Below, piece after piece: positions 54,135 to 61,199 of a stretch of DNA of 64,000 bases. This stretch comes from a virus. The translations under genes and the position numbers were made by a program. The stretch is from IMG/VR virus record IMGVR_UViG_3300029203_000004, one strand, 5' to 3'. Positions within the stretch are counted from its first letter, which is position 1, and every line of letters begins with the position of its first letter. The notes below the pieces were generated by a model. It was not told the DNA's origin and ran no database searches. It worked only from the letters and a program-made list of their open reading frames with translations.

Positions 54135-54376
54135 TATTTTTATAGTATTAATATACGATCTTACACCAAATAAATTTTGATAACTTTTAGTTATAAAAGT
54201 CATAATTATTTTGGTGCTAAGGTAAGAATAAAATGCCTAAATTTATATATATTATAAGTTTTTTTTTGCAAATTAAGCATTAAGATAAAAGTTCCTCTTT
54301 TATCTTTGGTGTCCGCTTGTATATCAGTGCCGATGATAATCAATAAAAATAGTTTTGCATTCCAATATTTTTTTCG

Positions 54377-54384
54377 TATCTTTG
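54377..54384 (+). promoter_or_regulatory. -7 promoter box TAtcTTTG
   Basis: 27 nt upstream of the tnpB ATG (54411). Confidence 0.45.
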
Positions 54385-54410
54385 AGTATTAAAAATCAAA
54401 TAAAATCGCC

Positions 54411-55649
54411 ATGTTGAGAGCTTATAAATATAGAATCTATCCGACAGAAGAACAGAAGGTTTTGCTTGCCAAGACCTTCGGCTGCTGCCGCTTTGTCTAT
54501 AACTGGGCACTCAAAATGAAGATTGAAGCCTACAAGCAGGAAAAGAAATCTATTGGCAATGTTGAACTGACCAATCGCATGAAGAGGGAATTGAAAACGG
54601 AATATGAGTGGTTAGGTGAGGTAAATTCGCAATCTTTGCAAAGTGCGTTGAGAAACCTTGACGCCGCCTTTAAGAACTTTTTCCGTGATACTCATGCAGT
54701 AGGCTTTCCTAAATTAAAAAACAAAAAGGACAGGCAGAGTTTTCAGTGCCCCCAGCATTGTGTCGTGGATTTCGGCAAAGGAACAATAACCATACCGAAA
54801 GTAAAGGATATTCCTGCTGTGTTTCACCGCAAATTCAAGGGAATGGTCAAAACCGTCACCATCAGCATGACACCATCGAGAAAATACTTCGCTTCCGTAT
54901 TGGTTGACACAGACATTGAAGAACTTCCGGTAACACCGATACATGACGATACGTGTTTGGGTATAGATTTGGGTATCAAATCACTTGCCGTATGTTCTGA
55001 TGGGAGAACGTTTGACAACCCGAAAAACCTGCAACGAAACCTTGACCGTTTAAAATTGCTTCAAAAGCGGTTGAGCCGCAAACAGAAAGGTTCTTCAAAC
55101 CGCAACAAGGCACGCATCCGCGTAGCTAGGCTGCATGAACATATTGCCAATTGCCGTAAAGATAACCTTCACAAAATCACCCATACTCTCACGCACGATA
55201 GCCAAGTGCGTACCATCTGCATGGAGGATTTGAACGTGAAAGGAATGATGCAAAACCACCACTTGGCACAGGCAGTAGGTGACGCATCTTTCGGGATGTT
55301 TCTTACGCTGCTTAAATACAAATGCAGTTGGTATGGTGTGAACCTCATTCAGATAAACCGATTTGCCCCAAGTTCAAAGACTTGCGGAAAATGCGGTTAT
55401 GTGTATAAAGGATTGAAATTGAGCGATCGCAGTTGGATCTGTCCGGAATGTGGCACACACCATGACCGTGACTTCAATGCAGCTTGCAATATAAAGGAAT
55501 TTGGCTTAAAAGCCCTACCCACGGAGCGTGGGAAAGTTAAGCCTGTGGACTGTCCTCTTGTGGATGACCGACCTCGTGTCCTAAAAAGCAATGACAGGAA
55601 GAAGCAGGAAAAGAGAGGATGTGTTGGCATCTCCAATCCGCTAAACTAA
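54411..55649 (+). CDS. tnpB: TnpB (IS200/IS605 OrfB, RuvC-like RNA-guided nuclease family)
   Basis: MLRAYKYRIYPT N-terminus; RuvC D/E/D in GIDLGIK, CMEDLNVKGM and HDRDFNAACNI; zinc finger CGKCGY...CPECG. Confidence 0.9.
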   Translation: MLRAYKYRIYPTEEQKVLLAKTFGCCRFVYNWALKMKIEAYKQEKKSIGNVELTNRMKRELKTEYEWLGEVNSQSLQSALRNLDAAFKNFFRDTHAVGFPKLKNKKDRQSFQCPQHCVVDFGKGTITIPKVKDIPAVFHRKFKGMVKTVTISMTPSRKYFASVLVDTDIEELPVTPIHDDTCLGIDLGIKSLAVCSDGRTFDNPKNLQRNLDRLKLLQKRLSRKQKGSSNRNKARIRVARLHEHIANCRKDNLHKITHTLTHDSQVRTICMEDLNVKGMMQNHHLAQAVGDASFGMFLTLLKYKCSWYGVNLIQINRFAPSSKTCGKCGYVYKGLKLSDRSWICPECGTHHDRDFNAACNIKEFGLKALPTERGKVKPVDCPLVDDRPRVLKSNDRKKQEKRGCVGISNPLN

Positions 55650-55659
55650 AGATTTAGCG
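55637..55659. terminator. Hairpin CCGCTAAA-CTAAAGA-TTTAGCGG spanning the tnpB stop
   Basis: 8-bp perfect stem. Lies between the converging tnpB and 55665..57359; may also be the IS right-end/omega-RNA terminal hairpin. Confidence 0.5.
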
Positions 55660-55664
55660 GTAGC

Positions 55665-57359
55665 TCACTCCGTTAATATTAAACCATCGTTTTCAAGCAA
55701 TATGCTGTATCCATTTTCAGTGATTACGGTATTCCGAAGAACCTCTAGCGTTATCCTTGAATCAGCAAGCTTCCATGAATTGTCAGAAAACGGCATATAC
55801 CCGTCTTTCTTTACAGACAGCGACATCGTGCCATTTGCCATACCCCGTACTTTCACTGTACCGTCAGACAACGTTTTGTACTGTACGCCTCCCACCGTGA
55901 CCGTTGCGTCCTGTATGGGTGAGCCTGATACGTCCACCACCGTTATCGTTACGATAGCCTTCGGTATATAGTAGTCAATCAAATCCTGCTCGGTGAATCC
56001 GTCATTCTGTTTGGTGGGAACTGAATCGAAACCGATGGAGTTGTAGAAAGCTGAACTAATCCATCCGCTATTATGGTCAGTATTGCTAAAGAATATAGGA
56101 GTTTTAGTTTTATCACCTGTCACATCATTGTTTACTATGGTGATTATTTGCTTTTTGTTTAACAAAGCGGAAACTATTGTAGATTCATTCAGTGTTCCAT
56201 CAATATAGGTCTTGCCGTTTGAGTTCCTACTATTATAAGCAATACTACCTTTGTCATTGAATACGGCAAACAGCCAAGGTTCAGTAGTATTCAGTCTTTG
56301 GTCATAGATAAACTTTCCATCAACAAACGGATTAATAGTAGTAAACAACACCTTAACGCCATGCTGTAAGTTCTGTATTTGCCCATAATCATCTACCCCA
56401 TCAGTTACTAGGGCGTTGGGATATCTAGGTATAAACTCTATTGTTACATCCATATCTCCTGTACTTCCTGTAACTCCTATGGCGTTATACAATGAAGTGG
56501 TTCCTTCGGGATAGGTTAATGTCACCTCATGCTCCCCGTTGTCAAAAGTATAAAATCCGCCATTTCTGTTTACCAAACTAACTTGTCTGCCATCAGAAAG
56601 ACCTGTAACCTTAAACTTATGCGTTGGGTTAGAGTTTGCCGGAACTATGTTTACCATGTTATCTGTGGTGGATAGTTTCTTAGTAATATGTATAACCCTG
56701 TTATCCGTAACAGTAACATTTGCTCTATCGGGTAGAATATTGGTGCTAGAAATGTCATACCCTCCCACACCGCTCATTGCAGCGAACAGGAAATTGTTAA
56801 GTTTCAATCGTCTGTTGTTTCCACTGAAATCCTGCAAGTATGGATTGGCTTTTAGTATTTCGTTTGTGGGAACGGATTGTCCTGACGGTAGCTGGGTAAT
56901 GGTAAGACCTATGTAATCAGTTACTCCACTTACTCCCATAAAAGCAACAGTTGTAGCAAAACTATGAGGAAGTACATTTTCTCCGTCTTTTAACTTAATA
57001 TTTGTGATTTGATTACTATTTTCATCCAACTTCACTCTATATACTAAGTTTTTATCACCAAGACCTTCTATAAATACGGAAAATGATTCTGTTTCTTTTC
57101 CTATGGATGCTATTCTAAAATTGTCTATCAAACCATTAACCACAATCTTATTGTTGGTTATACTAACAGAATTAGGGTTATAATTTTGCCAATCATTAAA
57201 ATTCTGTGTATAAACATCCACAGGCTTTGTCATATCATACCAAAACACCATGTGTTCTTTCACCCATTTTTCTATCACCTTGCTTATGTCGGTTTTCGCC
57301 TTTCCTGCCGACTTGACAAGACCAAGTTTTCCTATGTTAAAAAGCCCTATCTTTCTCAT
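55665..57359 (-). CDS. tail fibre / receptor-binding-like protein with C-terminal CarboxypepD_reg-like Ig domain
   Basis: C-terminus VTITVVDVSGSPIQDATVTVGGVQYKTLSDGTVKVRGMANGTMSLSVKKDGYMPF; late-module context. Confidence 0.6.
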   Translation of the reverse strand: MRKIGLFNIGKLGLVKSAGKAKTDISKVIEKWVKEHMVFWYDMTKPVDVYTQNFNDWQNYNPNSVSITNNKIVVNGLIDNFRIASIGKETESFSVFIEGLGDKNLVYRVKLDENSNQITNIKLKDGENVLPHSFATTVAFMGVSGVTDYIGLTITQLPSGQSVPTNEILKANPYLQDFSGNNRRLKLNNFLFAAMSGVGGYDISSTNILPDRANVTVTDNRVIHITKKLSTTDNMVNIVPANSNPTHKFKVTGLSDGRQVSLVNRNGGFYTFDNGEHEVTLTYPEGTTSLYNAIGVTGSTGDMDVTIEFIPRYPNALVTDGVDDYGQIQNLQHGVKVLFTTINPFVDGKFIYDQRLNTTEPWLFAVFNDKGSIAYNSRNSNGKTYIDGTLNESTIVSALLNKKQIITIVNNDVTGDKTKTPIFFSNTDHNSGWISSAFYNSIGFDSVPTKQNDGFTEQDLIDYYIPKAIVTITVVDVSGSPIQDATVTVGGVQYKTLSDGTVKVRGMANGTMSLSVKKDGYMPFSDNSWKLADSRITLEVLRNTVITENGYSILLENDGLILTE

Positions 57360-57607
57360 TTTTCTCCCATTTTAGCCCATTCCTCAGATAAAAGCAGCTT
57401 CTCAAACTCTCTTGTGCCAGTGTCGTATGTGTCGTAAGGGAAAGGGTGTTCCGTTCCGTCCTCAGGTAACGTCATAGGCATCACTTCCATAACCTTCTCG
57501 GTATGGATCATATAATACAGACCGTCTGTCGATCGTCTGAAAACGGACAGATCATCTTCCGAAAACATAATCTCGGCATCTATTTTTGGTACTATAGAAA
57601 ACTGCAT
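57356..57607 (-). CDS. hypothetical protein (83 aa)
   Basis: ORF track; ATGA coupling to the downstream fibre gene. Confidence 0.6.
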   Translation of the reverse strand: MQFSIVPKIDAEIMFSEDDLSVFRRSTDGLYYMIHTEKVMEVMPMTLPEDGTEHPFPYDTYDTGTREFEKLLLSEEWAKMGEK

Positions 57608-57682
57608 ATTATGAATTTTATCTATTATCGCAAAGATAATTAAAAAAAGTTAAACGTATTGGTTGCATACAGTTTTATGTCG

Positions 57683-57690
57683 TATATTTG
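57683..57690 (+). promoter_or_regulatory. -7 promoter box TAtaTTTG
   Basis: 26 nt upstream of the methyltransferase ATG (57716). Confidence 0.45.
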
Positions 57691-57715
57691 CTGAAAATTT
57701 AAAAAAAATATAACG

Positions 57716-58873
57716 ATGAATGTATTAAGCCTTTTCGATGGGATGTCGTGCGGACGGATAACACTTTCCGAACTTGGCATTTCAGTAGAAAAATACTATG
57801 CGTCCGAAGTGGACAAGTTTGCCATAAAGGCAACCATGCAGAATTTTCCTGACATCATACAGGTTGGTGATGTAAGAGAACTTGAAGTAAGCAGACTGGA
57901 TAAGATAGATTTGATAATCGGAGGATCGCCATGTACTAATCTGTCCATGTCTGGCAAGAGAAAAGGGCTTTCAACGAAAGAAGGCATGGAGGTTCTAGAC
58001 TTGCAAACGTATCTTGAATTGAAGGAGAACGGTTTTGAATTTGAAGGGCAATCCTATCTGTTTTGGGAATACATACGTATATACCACGAACTTATTAAGC
58101 GTGGTGACAATCCCAAATTCTTCCTTGAAAATGTGGAAATGGGAAAGAAATGGGAATCTGTGTTCAATGAAACAATGGGTAGGAAAGGAATACATATCAA
58201 CTCCGCACTTGTATCGGCACAAAACAGAAGGCGCATATACTGGACGGATATCCATGACGATATTCCACAGCCGGAAGATAGGGGAATACTTTTAAAGGAT
58301 ATCCTTGAAGAAGAGGTTGATGAAAAATATTTCTTGTCTGACAAGATGATTGAATGCTTGAAGGGCAGGGTAAAGACGGAAAAATTCAGTCCTGTCCAGT
58401 TTAGCCCTATCAAGTTTCCGTATGAACAAAAGGCTCGCACTATAAATACAAGATTGTTCAAGATGGGTGACAATGACAATTACATACAGGTGGATAATGA
58501 TCCGATATGTGTTGCGATGCGAGGGCGTGAATCAGCCTGCCTTACTCCAAAAAGAACCGAATATGGAAAAAAGATAAGAAAGGAATATGAAGCCGGGATT
58601 GTAAAGGAACAGAGAAAGAACATCCAACAGCTTGAACCTAGGGAAGATGGAAAAACCAATTGCCTTACAACAGTACAAAAGGACAACTTGGTATTGGTTG
58701 ATAACGGTAATTTTCGCATTCGTAGGCTTACCCCAACCGAGTGTGCACGGCTTCAAACTATTCCCGAATGGTATATATGGGATGGAATATCCGATACTCA
58801 GCGTTACAAGATGCTTGGGAACGGATGGAATATAGAAACAATCAAACATATATTTAAATATTTAAGACGATGA
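57716..58873 (+). CDS. DNA (cytosine-5) methyltransferase
   Basis: Motif I LSLFDGMSCG, IV GGSPCTNLS, VI ENV, VIII QNRRRIYW, X GNGWNIETI. Confidence 0.9.
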   Translation: MNVLSLFDGMSCGRITLSELGISVEKYYASEVDKFAIKATMQNFPDIIQVGDVRELEVSRLDKIDLIIGGSPCTNLSMSGKRKGLSTKEGMEVLDLQTYLELKENGFEFEGQSYLFWEYIRIYHELIKRGDNPKFFLENVEMGKKWESVFNETMGRKGIHINSALVSAQNRRRIYWTDIHDDIPQPEDRGILLKDILEEEVDEKYFLSDKMIECLKGRVKTEKFSPVQFSPIKFPYEQKARTINTRLFKMGDNDNYIQVDNDPICVAMRGRESACLTPKRTEYGKKIRKEYEAGIVKEQRKNIQQLEPREDGKTNCLTTVQKDNLVLVDNGNFRIRRLTPTECARLQTIPEWYIWDGISDTQRYKMLGNGWNIETIKHIFKYLRR

Positions 58874-59581
58874 ATGTACTAAGTTTATGTGACGGGATAG
58901 CTTGCGGACGTATTGCACTAGAAAGAATGGGATATACAGTGGAAAGATATTGATTTATTGATTGGCGGAACACCATGCCAGGATTTCTCACAGTTAGGGA
59001 AAGAGAAACTGAACTTCGATGGCGAGCGTTCGGGATTATTCTTTGAATATGTCAATATACTGAACCATATCAGACAGTTTAACCCTAACATAAAGTTCAT
59101 GCTCGAAAATGTGAAGATGAAATCCGATTGGGCTGACTTGATTTCGTCACATCTTGGAGTAGACTATGTGTATATCAACAGTTCCGATTTCTCCGCGCAA
59201 ATGAGAGCAAGATACTACTGGTGCAATTGGGAAATACCTGCATGGAAGGACAAGGGAATACTGTTCAAGGACATCATTACGGACGGGTATGTGGAGAAAG
59301 ACAAATCATGGTGTATGCTTGAATCATGGAACAGGTTTGCCAAGAACCCCGAATCGTTGTTAAGAAGATATAAAAAATCACTCACACCGTTGATATTCAA
59401 CTCACCCGACTGTAATCCCGAAAAAGGTTTCAGAACGCCCAATATTACGGAAGCGGAAAGATTGCAGACAGTTCCAGAAGGATACACAAAGTCAGTACAG
59501 CCACATATAGGGATGGGGCTTCTAGGAAATGGATGGACTGTAGATGTTGTTAGTCATATTTTTAAAGGACTTATATCATAA
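58870..59581 (+). pseudogene. second C5 methyltransferase, disrupted between motif I and motif IV (internal deletion plus frameshift)
   Basis: MNVLSLCDGIACGRIALERMGYTVERY then a stop at 58951. The +1 frame continues WKDIDLLIGGTPCQDFS...ENV...GNGWTVDV. About 35 aa are missing relative to the upstream paralog. Confidence 0.6.
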
Positions 59582-59606
59582 AAAAAGTCAGATAAGTGGA
59601 TTTATT

Positions 59607-59822
59607 ATGGAAATAAAGAATGGAATAATAATAGATGGTGTGTTGCATGAAATGAGCAAAACATTCAATGAAAATTTCGATTGCAGCGAATGTTCATTGT
59701 GTAAAGAATGCAAAGAGTGTAAGATGGAGCATGAATCATACCTGTGTAATGTGATGGGATGTTTCTGTTTTGTCAATCGTGGCAAAGTAACGGATATTAA
59801 AACAGAGGAGGAAAAGAAATGA
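59607..59822 (+). CDS. Cys-rich 71-aa protein (NGIIIDGVLHE family), copy 3 of 3
   Basis: MEIKNGIIIDGVLHEM...CFCFVNRGKVTDIK. Confidence 0.55.
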   Translation: MEIKNGIIIDGVLHEMSKTFNENFDCSECSLCKECKECKMEHESYLCNVMGCFCFVNRGKVTDIKTEEEKK

Positions 59823-60037
59823 AACAGACATTAGAAAAAGCGGCTCATTCTTTTGCTGAAAGCAGAAGCAGCGGAAGTATGTTTCCGGCATATTATATGG
59901 GGTTTATCGCTGGCGCAGAGTGGCAGAAAGAACAAGCTATCGAAGTTCTTTCCTCCGTTTTAGAGAATTGGGTACATGGCGGTGATGCAGACTGTATCAT
60001 TGCGGAGTTTGAGGAAAAACTAATGAAAACGAAATAA
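59819..60037 (+). CDS. hypothetical protein sharing the N-terminal block of the DUF551-like paralogs
   Basis: MKQTLEKAAHSFAE...GAEWQKEQ. Confidence 0.55.
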   Translation: MKQTLEKAAHSFAESRSSGSMFPAYYMGFIAGAEWQKEQAIEVLSSVLENWVHGGDADCIIAEFEEKLMKTK

Positions 60038-60041
60038 ACAC

Positions 60042-60070
60042 TCCCCCTTGCTGGTAAACGGCAAGGGGGA
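60042..60070. terminator. Bidirectional GC-rich hairpin TCCCCCTTGC-(9 nt)-GCAAGGGGGA
   Basis: 10-bp perfect stem between the converging 59819..60037 (+) and 60080..61183 (-). Confidence 0.7.
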
Positions 60071-60079
60071 TGATTGTGC

Positions 60080-61183
60080 TTATAACCCAGGACCCATAGA
60101 AAGAAGCAATGTACTTCCCTTATATGCAGCACTGTTAAGGCTTACCCATACCCTTGCAGTTCCTGCATTAATCAGTTCCGATGATATTAATATTCTCACC
60201 TTCTTGTCAATGCTGGAATTGGCGGATACTTGGAAATCTTCTATTGTTTCTCTTGATTCACCTATAACCATAGGATCTTCAAATTTCTTACTTGCAAACC
60301 TAGACATACAACTATTATTACGGAAAGAAATAAGGCTACTCGAACCGTTTCTTACTCTTACGGTAACTTCAATATATCCCATAACGGATGGCATCACTTC
60401 ACCAAGTATTGTTATGCTTACGTAAGAACCAACTATCTCTATATCTCTTTTACTTACCATTGGAACAGTGTATGCTATATGAGCAATATCGGAGTCATCC
60501 TGCTTCAATATAGCTGTACTAAGGAAAGGATAAACTTCCCAATCACCAGCAGTCATACCCCACGAGTTTACAGTAACCGTAGCGTATCCTGTTCCTATCT
60601 TCTTGTCGGCAGTAACACGCCTAGACATCTGACTGGTCTTGTGCTTAACATAGACACCGAAATAGCAATCAGCTATCTCGGCAAAGTCACCCATGTTAAG
60701 AAAATCAGTATCATGCCCCTCCGATGGCATCATTATAGCCGCAGAACAGACAAAATTACTACTTGTAAACTGATTGGTAGCAGTATCCGGGCAGGAGAAT
60801 CTACTTATCGGTGGACTGGCAAGATGGTTGTATCCGTTAAAGTCGGTAAGACGACATGGGAATCTACCACCTGTCGGTGCTGTATATTCCCATCCGTTCA
60901 TGCTTCCATCTGCGTGTTTTGGCGCATCCCAGTATCCTGCCATTTGAAAAGGTTTGACACCACAGTTCCCATCCCATCCTTGCCACCATTTTTCATTTGG
61001 TCCAGGTGCAAGGCTTTCGTAACGTACAGGTTTGTACCGTGCCCACGGGTTTATTTTCCCGTGGGTGTTTGCGCACGCATACCCTAATTCATAACCATCA
61101 CTAGTAGGACCGATGCCAAGAGTGGCGTAAACGTCACCAGCAAGGTTTATCGGGGCTGTAATCTTTCCATTAGAATGACTCAT
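60080..61183 (-). CDS. hypothetical late protein (367 aa), probably tail-fibre associated
   Basis: ORF track; directly downstream of the large fibre gene. Confidence 0.65.
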   Translation of the reverse strand: MSHSNGKITAPINLAGDVYATLGIGPTSDGYELGYACANTHGKINPWARYKPVRYESLAPGPNEKWWQGWDGNCGVKPFQMAGYWDAPKHADGSMNGWEYTAPTGGRFPCRLTDFNGYNHLASPPISRFSCPDTATNQFTSSNFVCSAAIMMPSEGHDTDFLNMGDFAEIADCYFGVYVKHKTSQMSRRVTADKKIGTGYATVTVNSWGMTAGDWEVYPFLSTAILKQDDSDIAHIAYTVPMVSKRDIEIVGSYVSITILGEVMPSVMGYIEVTVRVRNGSSSLISFRNNSCMSRFASKKFEDPMVIGESRETIEDFQVSANSSIDKKVRILISSELINAGTARVWVSLNSAAYKGSTLLLSMGPGL

Positions 61184-61199
61184 AATATTTTTTTATTTA

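Larger units (their letters stand above)
54282..55659 (+). mobile_element. IS200/IS605-type solo tnpB element (no tnpA); ends approximate
   Basis: Bounded by a 10-bp-stem hairpin at 54282-54306 and a hairpin at 55637-55659. GC-rich relative to the flanking phage DNA; sits between two tail-fibre genes. Confidence 0.4.

Noticed and set aside
54282-54306. Rho-independent terminator upstream of tnpB
   Set aside because: The 10-bp AT-rich hairpin lies upstream of both divergent genes, so it terminates nothing obvious. It is more plausibly an IS left-end or operator structure and was left unassigned.
58870-59581. Single functional second C5-methyltransferase via programmed frameshift
   Set aside because: About 35 residues between motif I and the PC motif are missing altogether, so a frameshift alone would not restore a normal enzyme. 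Called a pseudogene or truncated remnant instead.
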